Below, piece after piece: positions 1 to 8,732 of a DNA stretch of 64,000 nt. A program made the translations under genes and the position numbers. How positions within the stretch are numbered: the stretch's first letter is position 1; each line of letters begins with the position of its first letter. A model generated the notes under the pieces. The model made no database searches. It worked only from the letters and a program-made list of their open reading frames with translations, and had not been told where the DNA came from. The stretch comes from Promethearchaeati archaeon SRVP18_Atabeyarchaeia-1 (lineage in GTDB: Archaea > Asgardarchaeota > Atabeyarchaeia > Atabeyarchaeales > Atabeyarchaeaceae). The DNA lies in the NCBI GenBank assembly GCA_037308085.1, contig CP147779.1, forward strand, positions 736,001 through 800,000. The letters run 5' to 3'.

Positions 1-149
1 ATTCCATCCATATCAACGGGCTGGTATGAGTACTTGGATACGTGGGCGATGGTTAGTCCAGTCTTGTCGACTAAGATTACTTTCTTGATGCCGGCCTCGC
101 TTTTCATTACGTTGGTCAATACCCTATCGAATGCTTTTACATCCGACAT
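1..149 (-). CDS. Roadblock/LC7 domain protein (partial, runs off window start)
   Basis: Not in the ORF track. Translation from ATG 149 gives MSDVKAFDRVLTNVMKSEAGIKKVILVDKTGLTIAH, the roadblock G-I-x-x-V-I-L-V-D-x-x-G-L pattern; GGAGG upstream. Confidence 0.75.
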   Translation of the reverse strand, partial: MSDVKAFDRVLTNVMKSEAGIKKVILVDKTGLTIAHVSKYSYQPVDMDG

Positions 150-298
150 TTATACCCCTCCAGAGTCGATTGATCTATCTCTTCTTGTTAGTTTGGAGTC
201 TTTGTGAAGGGTTTGCCCTTAAATGATACTAACGAAGTTGGTCGTATTCCCGGGCATGAGTCTGTATACCATCAGCCTGTGTCAGTTTCTCTATCAGG

Positions 299-595
299 CT
301 ATTTCACCTTTTCGCGAAGGACGATGAGGACAGCTTCGTCTTCAGGGGCAACCAGAACCTCCTTGTTCTCCACATCGATAGTCAGAAACCTAAGCGGACC
401 TTCTCCAATCTCCTTCACTACGGATTTGGCCTTACCGACAAGTGAGGTTATCAGGGCAGCTATCTTCTCGGTTTTATCGCGATCCATCGTTGAGCTGATA
501 GGGAGCCCTTCCTTGCTTGTCACGATGACGCCTTTTACCCCTTCGTGCTTCGTAAGTGATTCAAGGGTCGTGTGGAACACTTTATCGTTGATCAT
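299..595 (-). CDS. Roadblock/LC7 domain protein
   Basis: 98 aa; [18 protein letters not shown]...IAALITSL motif. Confidence 0.85.
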   Translation of the reverse strand: MINDKVFHTTLESLTKHEGVKGVIVTSKEGLPISSTMDRDKTEKIAALITSLVGKAKSVVKEIGEGPLRFLTIDVENKEVLVAPEDEAVLIVLREKVK

Positions 596-901
596 TTCTC
601 TTCATCTTCTTGAACTGTGATTTTCGCAACAGACTCTTTACTTCCAGATATAATTGACTTGATTATTATTAAAACGTATTGCATCGATTCAACATAACAG
701 TCAGAAACAACAATAAAAGGCTTGAAGATCACAATTGTGTTTCAGGACGGCTCGCCCCCCTTAGGCGTGGGAGAAGCTGTGGTGGCTAATGGCGGGGTAG
801 CTTCCTGCATATTTTGCGGACAAATGAGCCAACGATTGGCGGGGCTGAGTTTACAGGAATGATCTCCTATGGGAGTGAACGGTTAGACGGAGGCAAGAGT
901 C

Positions 902-1378
902 GTGGACGATGGGAGAAGTAGCTTCGACAAGATGTTAAGGCACATATGGAAGCATGATGTCAACAAGCTGAATGATCACCTTCCGGTCAAGACTGTTACC
1001 CTAGACGAGTTGCTGAAGCTGAAGGAACAGTTCCTGAAGACAAGAGACGGAAGCAATTTCTGGATTGACAGGAATGAGCTGACACGTGTCGCTACCCTAG
1101 TCCCCCTCGGGCTACATGGCAAATTGCATCTTCCAATCCTACTGATTCGAAGGATTGACTTGGGTGAGGGCATATTCAGCATAGGCGGCGGCAAGTTGGA
1201 AGCTTTCTTTGCAGCGACAATATTGGGGATGACACAGGAGTCCTTTGACCGCTATGAGGGCGCTGATATACAGCCGTACATTTATCGCCCTCAGGTTCAA
1301 GAGCTGAGAAGGAAGCTCAGAAGCCTATCCGTAATAGGTTTCGGTGGAGTCAATCAGGAAGATCTAGCGGAATTGTAG
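902..1378 (+). CDS. DUF61 (UPF0216) family protein
   Basis: LNDHLP...TL.ELL...RDG...I...EL and LPILL motifs. Confidence 0.7.
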   Translation: MDDGRSSFDKMLRHIWKHDVNKLNDHLPVKTVTLDELLKLKEQFLKTRDGSNFWIDRNELTRVATLVPLGLHGKLHLPILLIRRIDLGEGIFSIGGGKLEAFFAATILGMTQESFDRYEGADIQPYIYRPQVQELRRKLRSLSVIGFGGVNQEDLAEL

Positions 1379-1422
1379 ATTCTATAGGTGGGCAAGCAAT
1401 CAAGCATCTCATGTCCCTGGTT

Positions 1423-1791
1423 TAATCTCTTCCGCCGGCTTGCCCGCGGGCTTTCCGTTTCGTTTCCCCTAATATACCCGCCACTTGGTCGGTGGCCCTG
1501 GAAAGCCTGGTTACGGAAGTTGCGACTCCCGGTCTTCGCGCGCCACGCTTTTCCTACCTGCTCACCTCGCGAAGCGCGGTGTGTTACGCTGCCCGCATCG
1601 GTGCTCCGGAGCTACCGTCCGCCTTGGGAAACGAGGCTCAGGTTTTGCATTGGGCGCGCCACCCCGTGGCCTCGCCCAAAGATCCAAAGAATTATGCGTG
1701 GGAAAAGTATCTAAACATGCCATCTGGGCACTGGAGTCACCACAGTTCCTCCCACCCCTAGAGGGCACAGTCTTCCCTCCGACAGAATTGT
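1423..1791 (-). mobile_element. Non-autonomous IS200/IS605-type element carrying a structured RNA, no transposase or nuclease (copy 1)
   Basis: Alignable along its length with 48308-48676; subterminal hairpins at both ends; no conserved ORF. Confidence 0.65.
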
Positions 1792-1917
1792 GATGAAACT
1801 AGCCGGATTCCTATGTTATAGGCAAATTACTTAAATCTGCATGCCCTTTAGAGTACTTCACGAGCAGACTTGCGGTCTCAAGTCTATTTTCAAAGAAAAC
1901 CAAGCAGTGATATTAAG

Positions 1918-2901
1918 ATGGGAATATCTCTCGAGACACCTGATCCAGCTATCCGCGTTGCGGATTTGCTTAGGCAGGCTAGGTTTCAGGTCTCTGATAT
2001 TCATGGCTCGAGGTCTGCCTGCTTCGATATAGTGGCAAGAAAAAGCAATGTTGTCCTACTGCTAAAAGTACTTTCCAATATCGATAGTATGCAGGAAAAG
2101 CATGCCTTTCAGCTTAAACTTCTAAGCTATATTCTATCTGCATCTATGGTTCTCGTTGGAGAACGTACCCGCAAAGGAAAGGTCGAAGATGACGCCTTGT
2201 ATGAAAGACATGGGATTCCTGCTGTGAGCTACAATACACTGAGAGCGGCATTGTTGCGCAATATCTTCCCGGTGGTCTATGCTACGAGAGGAGGGTTCTA
2301 CGTTCACCTGGACGGTGACAGGATAAGAAAGGAGAGAGAAAAGTGGTCATTTTCGCTTGGAGCCTTGGCCGAATCTCTCGGCGTCTCAAGGCGCTCAATA
2401 TATGAGTACGAGCGGAACGGGATGGACAGCACGTTGGAGACAGCCCTAAGACTTGAAGAGCTGTTCAGCACGTCCATGACAATTCCGTTTGACATTCTAT
2501 CGTGCAATGCCGAAGGTGGGTCTCAAGTGGACGGCAGCATTGGCGGTCCTCTGGAAGATGAGCTTGAGGAGAATGTTAGCCGGGTTCTTTCCGACTTGGG
2601 ACTGAAGGTGGTCTGGTCTAGGGGTACGCCTTTCGATGCTATAACGTATACTCAACAAAAGAACAACGTCGTTGTCACAGGCGTAGGATATGTCTCCGAA
2701 AGAAGGGTTCAGAACAGAATACAGGCCGTTGGAAGTTTCTCAAGCGTCGTACGGTCACTCGCTATGTTCATACTTGATCGTCCGCGGTCAAGTCTTGTTG
2801 AGGGTGTTCCAGTTGTGAGCACGGACGAATTGGAATCCATGGACGATGCCTCGGAACTACTTAAGACAATTAGTATCCGGACGCGGCGGATTGTGCAGTA
2901 A
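1918..2901 (+). CDS. Archaeal XRE-HTH transcriptional regulator (COG1395-like)
   Basis: SACFDIVARK...LLKVLSNID N-domain, HTH SLGALAESLGVSRRSIYEYE, PFDA motif; ATG 1918 preferred over TTG 1870. Confidence 0.8.
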   Translation: MGISLETPDPAIRVADLLRQARFQVSDIHGSRSACFDIVARKSNVVLLLKVLSNIDSMQEKHAFQLKLLSYILSASMVLVGERTRKGKVEDDALYERHGIPAVSYNTLRAALLRNIFPVVYATRGGFYVHLDGDRIRKEREKWSFSLGALAESLGVSRRSIYEYERNGMDSTLETALRLEELFSTSMTIPFDILSCNAEGGSQVDGSIGGPLEDELEENVSRVLSDLGLKVVWSRGTPFDAITYTQQKNNVVVTGVGYVSERRVQNRIQAVGSFSSVVRSLAMFILDRPRSSLVEGVPVVSTDELESMDDASELLKTISIRTRRIVQ

Positions 2902-2942
2902 CAGATTCCCAAACGCAAAAACGAGGAAGCTGTTTCTCTAGG

Positions 2943-4154
2943 ATGTCTAGCCAAATTATCTCTGCAGTAGAAGGGGCTCTTGGCTGCCCTATTAGGAAAT
3001 ACGAAGAGGGTCGGATAAGTTTCTTTGCTCCTACACTCAAAGAAATAGTCTCAGCTTCCGACGTAGTCTTCTACAATCCTCGGATGGAGTTTCAGCGCGA
3101 TGTCTCGGTCTGTATTCTCAGGACATATCAGAAGATAACGGGCAGTAAGATGGATCTTTGTGAACCCCTCACAAGCTCTGGTGTCAGGGCAATTAGATGG
3201 GCTTGTGAGGTACCAGAAACTAGGAGCATAGTGGCTGGCGACATCAACCCCAAGGCAGCTTTACTCGCAAATGCCAATGCCAGCTTCAACAACGTTCTGG
3301 GAAAGATGGAAGTTTTCAGAGCTGATGCGAACCTAATGTTGGATACCTTCTCATTGAACGGACGACGTTTTGATGTGGTTGACGTAGATCCTTTTGGTTC
3401 TCCGGTTCGCTTCATCGATTCTGCCTTGAGAGTACTAAAAAGCAAAGGTGCATTGCTGTGCCTTACTGCAACAGATATGCAACCGCTTTGTGGAGTTCAT
3501 CAAGATGCGTGCCTCCGGAAGTATGGGGGGGTATCCCTCCGAACGGAATACTGCCACGAGATCGCGGTCAGGCTTCTGATAGGCGCGACGGTGCGGGTTG
3601 CGGTGGGGCATGACTTTGGGGTTGGGGTGGTCTTCTCTCACAGTTCTGATCATTACATACGGGCATATCTTCGGATGCGACGGAATGCTGTTGACGCTGA
3701 TACTAGTGTAAGAAAGATGGGTTTCATACTCCATTGCTTCAACTGTGGCAATAGAAGAGTCGTGCCGGCTCTTGCGGTCTGCGAGGGAGAATTAAAATGT
3801 GGGTTATGTGGCTCACAAATGAGAGTAGCAGGACCACTATGGTGCGGAGAGCTCTGGGAAAGAGGATTCGTCGATGTTGCGATGAGTGTGGCCGAGGGAG
3901 GGGCGGATGTGAAGAATAGAAGACTTATGAAGATGCTGAGCCTGATTGCATCAGAAGATGGCGGACCCCCAACCTACTACGACATACACAGTATCTCGGA
4001 TTCAGAGGGTACTAGTTCGCCCCCCACCTCAAGAATCATTGAGGAGCTTCGAAGCAGCGGGTATTTCGCTTCGGCGACACATTTCAGAGGAACCTGTGTG
4101 CGGACAGATGCAGATATAACAACGATTAAATCGCTTGTCAAGCAGTCGACCTAG
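2943..4154 (+). CDS. trm1: tRNA (guanine-26-N2)-dimethyltransferase
   Basis: VFYNPRM..RD, SGVRAIR, DVDPFGSP, LTATD, Zn-finger and GPLW motifs. Confidence 0.93.
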   Translation: MSSQIISAVEGALGCPIRKYEEGRISFFAPTLKEIVSASDVVFYNPRMEFQRDVSVCILRTYQKITGSKMDLCEPLTSSGVRAIRWACEVPETRSIVAGDINPKAALLANANASFNNVLGKMEVFRADANLMLDTFSLNGRRFDVVDVDPFGSPVRFIDSALRVLKSKGALLCLTATDMQPLCGVHQDACLRKYGGVSLRTEYCHEIAVRLLIGATVRVAVGHDFGVGVVFSHSSDHYIRAYLRMRRNAVDADTSVRKMGFILHCFNCGNRRVVPALAVCEGELKCGLCGSQMRVAGPLWCGELWERGFVDVAMSVAEGGADVKNRRLMKMLSLIASEDGGPPTYYDIHSISDSEGTSSPPTSRIIEELRSSGYFASATHFRGTCVRTDADITTIKSLVKQST

Positions 4155-4693
4155 GAAACTTGGGCTTGTCCGCCGCTCTCCCCGAGGTCGGTCGCTGGCT
4201 CTAAGAACGCCTTAAGCCAACCAGAGAGAAATGAACATGAACTTGGCGACACGACATTGCCAAGTCCACATCTTCCTGCGTCGTTGCAGAAGAAGCACGG
4301 GCAGTCCAGATCTCCCCAAGAGACCATGGCTGGCTTGATGCTGGGCGAGGTAAGCCTATAGGTCCATTTTCCGCCATAGAGTTCGCGCGATTTTCGGACC
4401 AGGCCCTGCTCTTCAAGCTTGGAGATCAGTTTTATCCCTTTGCGGTTGTCTACGCCGAGTTTCTTGAGCAAGTGAATTTGTAGAACGCCTCTGTCCCCTG
4501 CCTTCCTGATGGACTCTGCGGTTGCGAGTTCAATTTTCGAGCTCTCGCTCTCATTAGAAGTCGCGGGTATGTTTCGCGGCTTCCTAGTGGTTGTTCGTTG
4601 CACCTTCTGATGCGTTCTGCTTGGTTGCCTCGTTCTGTCGGTCTCCTTAGAATATGCGCCTGTTGGAGACTTGGCGTGGGAATTTGTTTTCAT
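4151..4693 (-). CDS. TFE beta subunit / archaeal RPC34 homolog (winged helix plus Fe-S cluster)
   Basis: wHTH GVLQ..L.K.LG...KLEEQGLVRK...GKWTY and C-terminal PCFFC..C..SP..C..L..W; located next to trm1 and tfb. Confidence 0.75.
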   Translation of the reverse strand: MKTNSHAKSPTGAYSKETDRTRQPSRTHQKVQRTTTRKPRNIPATSNESESSKIELATAESIRKAGDRGVLQIHLLKKLGVDNRKGIKLISKLEEQGLVRKSRELYGGKWTYRLTSPSIKPAMVSWGDLDCPCFFCNDAGRCGLGNVVSPSSCSFLSGWLKAFLEPATDLGESGGQAQVS

Positions 4694-5017
4694 AAGAAGA
4701 ATCCACTAGCAAAATCAATCTTGAAAGAGGAGTAGATAGGATAATGAAGTGTACTGTTGGCGATAAATAAGTTGTGATGATTCCCTTGGGCGGACGACGT
4801 CGCACGGCGCCTGCCTAAATGGGCGGATTTTGTAGTTGATGGGTGGTCTAGGCTGGAAATGTGTCCGCTGGGCCTGTGGGGGATGGATTTAAACCTGTTG
4901 ATTTCAAATGCCGTGGTTTGATACATCTCGGAGTGTGCTTTCCAGTTCTGGAAACCATAAACTTAATAAAGTTTTTGCGTAACTTTGAAGTTTGGTTCCA
5001 CGTTCGGTGGTGACTTC

Positions 5018-5314
5018 TTGAATAGACTTGGTAAACTTCTTCATATTTCTGCCAGTAGGAACCTGATTCTTCGTGCCGAAGCCACCCCATCTCTTGGAGT
5101 TCTTGTCTTGACAGGTGATGCAAAGGAAATCGGACGCGTCAGCGATGTTTTTGGTCCTAAGAACGCGCCGTACATATCGGTAAGGTCTTATTTTGAAACC
5201 TCGTATTTGCAGACTCTCATTGGGAGAGTCCTCTTCTATGAAGAGGGGAGAGGGGCAAGGGGAAGACGCACAGACATTGAATCAACACCTTTCAGGGGAA
5301 AGCGAGGAGGTTAG
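5018..5314 (+). CDS. gar1: H/ACA RNP component Gar1
   Basis: RLGKLLHI...IGRVSDVFGP..PYISV; directly upstream of tfb; GGTGGTGA RBS before TTG 5018. Confidence 0.85.
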   Translation: MNRLGKLLHISASRNLILRAEATPSLGVLVLTGDAKEIGRVSDVFGPKNAPYISVRSYFETSYLQTLIGRVLFYEEGRGARGRRTDIESTPFRGKRGG

Positions 5315-5320
5315 TCTTGT

Positions 5321-6271
5321 TTGAACAACAGCAAGGAAGTTCTTGAGAAGGATGTCAAAGAGAGGATGATGCCCGAACAAGCAATTCAATGTAGCGAGTG
5401 TGGAAATACAAAATTCATAAGGGACTATGAGAGAGCGGAATTGACTTGCATCAATTGTGGCTTGGTGATCAAGGATCGGATGATAGATACTGGGCCTGAA
5501 TGGAGAGCGTTTGATCACGAGCAGAGGGAAAAAAGAGCGAGGGCTGGAACTCCTACTACCTATACAATTCACGACAAAGGTCTATCTACAATGATTGACT
5601 GGAGAAACCGTGATAGCTTTGGGAAAGACTTGGCTCCAAGAAAGAGGGCTCAAATATACCGTTTGAGAAAGTGGCAAAGAAGGATCAGGGTCTCCGACGC
5701 AATGGAGAGAAACCTGGCGTTTGCTCTGTCAGAACTTGATCGAATGGCTTCACATCTGGGGCTCCCCAGAAATGTGAGAGAAGCTTCGGCTGTAATCTAC
5801 AGACGCGCTGTTGAACAGAAGCTAATCCGAGGAAGATCTATCGAAGGAGTTGCTGCAGCTGCGCTTTACGCTGCGTGTCGACAATGTAAGGTACCAAGGA
5901 CTTTGGACGAAATAACCGAGGTGTCGCGGGTAAGTAAGAAGGAGACTGGAAGAAGCTACCGATTTATAGCGAGAGAACTCAACATAGCTATTCCCCCGAC
6001 TAACCCCGTTGACTACATTCCAAGGTTTGCGAGCCAATTGAGCCTGTCAGGAGAGGCTCAATCTAAAGCGGTGGAGATACTCAAGCATGCTAGCATGAGG
6101 GGGTTGACATCAGGTCGTGGTCCCACAGGAGTTGCTGCCGCGGCTATCTACATAGCTAGCGTTGCTCTCAATGAGAGAAGAACCCAGCGTGATGTGGCCG
6201 AAGTTGCCAGAGTCACGGAGGTCACAGTGAGAAATAGATACAAGGAGCTAGTTGAGAAACTGAGCCTATGA
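5321..6271 (+). CDS. tfb: Transcription initiation factor IIB
   Basis: Zn ribbon, [11 protein letters not shown]-reader, two cyclin repeats, [12 protein letters not shown]. Confidence 0.97.
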   Translation: MNNSKEVLEKDVKERMMPEQAIQCSECGNTKFIRDYERAELTCINCGLVIKDRMIDTGPEWRAFDHEQREKRARAGTPTTYTIHDKGLSTMIDWRNRDSFGKDLAPRKRAQIYRLRKWQRRIRVSDAMERNLAFALSELDRMASHLGLPRNVREASAVIYRRAVEQKLIRGRSIEGVAAAALYAACRQCKVPRTLDEITEVSRVSKKETGRSYRFIARELNIAIPPTNPVDYIPRFASQLSLSGEAQSKAVEILKHASMRGLTSGRGPTGVAAAAIYIASVALNERRTQRDVAEVARVTEVTVRNRYKELVEKLSL

Positions 6272-6297
6272 CCCAGTTTCCGGAGATGGCTGCCCAG

Positions 6298-6690
6298 TCA
6301 TTTCCCCTTACTTTTCAGTAGTGTTGCATTTATTACCCCATGTTGACCTGGGCGACTGGTGACTAGAGCTTCCCCAATCTCGGTTCTTATTCTGGCTCCC
6401 TTTGAGATTATCTCCCGTCTCTGATAATCAATGCTGGCGGAATTTCCCAGAAACTGCAGTATCTTGACTTTTTTCGTATTATTGCTCTTGGGGTCAGTAA
6501 CGTTTGCAAACTCCTCTTGGAGCAACTTCACTTTCTCGTTGCCACCTCTTCCGACTTTGAATTCGATCTTCCTCTGACCTAGCTTAGTCTCAGCTGACTC
6601 CCCGCCGGCTTCGTAAGCTCTTTTGCTTCTTGCAAGCTTTATTGCCCCGCCTGTGTTCCTGCGTCCGGCACGACCTTGCCATTTACTCAA
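6298..6690 (-). CDS. rps8e: 30S ribosomal protein S8e
   Basis: WQGR...TGG...KRAYEAG; ALVTSRPGQHGVINA. Confidence 0.95.
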   Translation of the reverse strand: MSKWQGRAGRRNTGGAIKLARSKRAYEAGGESAETKLGQRKIEFKVGRGGNEKVKLLQEEFANVTDPKSNNTKKVKILQFLGNSASIDYQRREIISKGARIRTEIGEALVTSRPGQHGVINATLLKSKGK

Positions 6691-6789
6691 TTGAATTCAC
6701 CTCAGCAGACACGAACGTTTCCAGAATTTGAATCTTACGAGTGATTCAACACTCATTCAATGGATATTTTAAGGTATCGGGTTTCAGTC

Positions 6790-7033
6790 TACGCGGGCAT
6801 AGTTAGGTATGCGTCTGCGTACCAGTCGTATTCAACGTAGATCCAGGGCTTCACCGCATCATCCAGGTGCCTCACGAGTTCATCGACGCCACTCCGCCAC
6901 GCCCCCGTCAGGGCGTACCCGCCCACGAGGAGCGTAGGTAGGTGCCTATAGAGATAAGATCTCCATTGCGAGTGGCAACAAACGTTATCGTTGAAGCAGG
7001 AAGCCCTCAACCTATAGGGTGGGGGCACTCCAC
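6790..7033 (+). mobile_element. IS200/IS605 right-end / TnpB reRNA-like remnant without ORF
   Basis: TCGTTGAAGCAGGAAGCCC...TATAGGGTGGGGGCACTCCAC (6988-7033) resembles TnpB right ends; upstream hairpins; TATA-like TTTTAAG near 6766. Confidence 0.55.
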
Positions 7034-7108
7034 TAATACAGCATAATATATATGTTTCGGGAAACAATCGAGAGACAAGGCAGACCTGAAGAAAGGGAGC
7101 GAGGCGCA

Positions 7109-7405
7109 ATGAGAAAATCGGCAGAACTAATACTGTGGCCGAGTTACTTTGATTTGAACAAGACGAGAAAGGAAGGAAGAAAGGTTGGTCGTAGCTCGGC
7201 TGTAGAGCGTCCCACGATTGAAGAGCTGGTCAAAGCGGTGGAGATGCTTGGGATTAGCCACACCCCAGACAAATCCGCGGCTTATCCCAAATCTTGGTGG
7301 GAGAAGGCTGGTAGGGTCCTTGTTAGCAGAGTTGCGCCAAAGAGCAGGTTGATGGTCTCTGTTGCCAAGAACTTGAGAAAAATAAGGTCAAAGCCGACTT
7401 CCTAA
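7109..7405 (+). CDS. srp19: Signal recognition particle 19 kDa protein
   Basis: ILWPSYFD...RKEGRKV....AVERP, YPKSWW..GRV. Confidence 0.92.
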   Translation: MRKSAELILWPSYFDLNKTRKEGRKVGRSSAVERPTIEELVKAVEMLGISHTPDKSAAYPKSWWEKAGRVLVSRVAPKSRLMVSVAKNLRKIRSKPTS

Positions 7406-7420
7406 TCGGTTGCCCAGCTT

Positions 7421-8017
7421 TCAGAGGTCGCCCTGATTTGGAGTCTCGGTTTCTTCTTCTTCCAGCATCTGAACCGAGGTCTCTCCTTCCTCCTTAGCAC
7501 CAATTTTGACCAGCCTGCGGTGCAGCTGGACCTTAAGCTTGGCGAGATCTTCATCAAATCCGAAATACTCCGCAAACATCTTAGTGGTAGTGAGCGTGAC
7601 GCTCCTTCCTGAAGGCTCCTTTCTGATGAAGCCAAGACCGTCTAGTCTGTGGATATGCTCGTATGAGTGTGCGCCTCTTATGCCAATCACTTCAGACTGT
7701 CTTATTGGTTGTCGCAGAGCTATCAGGGCCAAAGTCTTCAGAGTTCCAAAACCGAGCAGGCCCCCAGGCGACAGGCGGGAAACTCTGCTCGAATACTGTG
7801 GTTTCAACTGAAGTGCATACCTTCCTCTGGAGGCCTCCACAATCTCAAGAGCGGTCTCTCTCTCCTTGTACTCCCTTATTAGGTCAGCCAAAAGCGATTC
7901 GGCTTCAGCTTTTCCCCCAGCTTTAGAGACTCTCTCAAGATCCTCCACTGCTAGGGGTCTTCCGGCAGCGTACAGTGCCGCCTCTATCAATGCCTTCTTA
8001 TCTAGTGGAGAACTCAC
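7421..8017 (-). CDS. scpB: SMC-Scp complex subunit ScpB
   Basis: IEAALYAAG.PL, LKTLALIA..QP....IRG, TT..F..YFG. Confidence 0.92.
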   Translation of the reverse strand: MSSPLDKKALIEAALYAAGRPLAVEDLERVSKAGGKAEAESLLADLIREYKERETALEIVEASRGRYALQLKPQYSSRVSRLSPGGLLGFGTLKTLALIALRQPIRQSEVIGIRGAHSYEHIHRLDGLGFIRKEPSGRSVTLTTTKMFAEYFGFDEDLAKLKVQLHRRLVKIGAKEEGETSVQMLEEEETETPNQGDL

Positions 8018-8688
8018 CTTGAAGACACTCCATCAATGAGTCTGATCATTATATCTCCGAACTCCTCTTCTTGCCACATACCTATCCTCCCTCGGTTAGC
8101 TAGATGGAGACAGCTCAGAAGCACTTTTACGACCTCCTTGCAAGTTCTTTCAAAGAGCAGTTGGGTGAACATTACCACAGGGTTAGTCGATGAGAGGTTC
8201 AGTATTCTTTGAAGAGTTTCATTGATGCTTTTCTCAACGTTTATCATGTCGGGTTCGAGTTCAAAAACCAATGGAGATACATAGGGTCCCAATTTTACTT
8301 CCTGCTTTTTGTTAGACTTCTCTTCCCCTTGAAGTAGCACTCTCTCTAATGCAACCAGAAGCTCGTCCAAAGTGACTTTTCTTGATGTTAGTCGCAGGGG
8401 CATCTCAAGAGGTGGTAGAACTAGCTCTTTCTCCTCTTCAGAGAGTTCGATGGACGGGTCAAGCTCGAGGAGCTGTTGCGTCTTCAGTTTAAGGATTATC
8501 GATGCAGACAGAAGCGCCCGTCCAGACACCCTGAAATCTATTACTCCTAGCTCGTACATCTTCTGCAAGAACGATGAAACCAAATAAGCGATGTCTATAT
8601 CCCAAGGAGAAAGTTTGCTTGCCTTTAACGAATCGAGAAGAAAAGACCATGGTGGCTGCAACCAGAATGGCAAGTTTTTCTCGTTCAA
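8014..8688 (-). CDS. scpA: Segregation/condensation protein A (kleisin)
   Basis: PWDIDI, GRALLSASI.LKLK, LHLA..G.I...QEE.FGDI; lies between smc and scpB. Confidence 0.92.
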   Translation of the reverse strand: MNEKNLPFWLQPPWSFLLDSLKASKLSPWDIDIAYLVSSFLQKMYELGVIDFRVSGRALLSASIILKLKTQQLLELDPSIELSEEEKELVLPPLEMPLRLTSRKVTLDELLVALERVLLQGEEKSNKKQEVKLGPYVSPLVFELEPDMINVEKSINETLQRILNLSSTNPVVMFTQLLFERTCKEVVKVLLSCLHLANRGRIGMWQEEEFGDIMIRLIDGVSSR

Positions 8689-8732
8689 GAGTTACACCCC
8701 GGGTCGTTTCCACTATTTAGAGTAGAGGCAAC

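Noticed and set aside
745-775. GCTCGCCCCCCTTAGGCGTGGGAG resembles an IS605 end hairpin
   Set aside because: A single short degenerate match with no partner end or associated RNA; not enough to call.
1388-1793. Overlapping ORFs here and at 48162-48731
   Set aside because: They are shadows of a GC-rich non-coding repeat; the frames are not conserved between the two copies.
4775-4885. GTGATGA box and GC-rich hairpins upstream of gar1 (possible C/D RNA, RNase P or SRP RNA)
   Set aside because: No matching D box or C' box, and no RNase P or SRP signature motifs.
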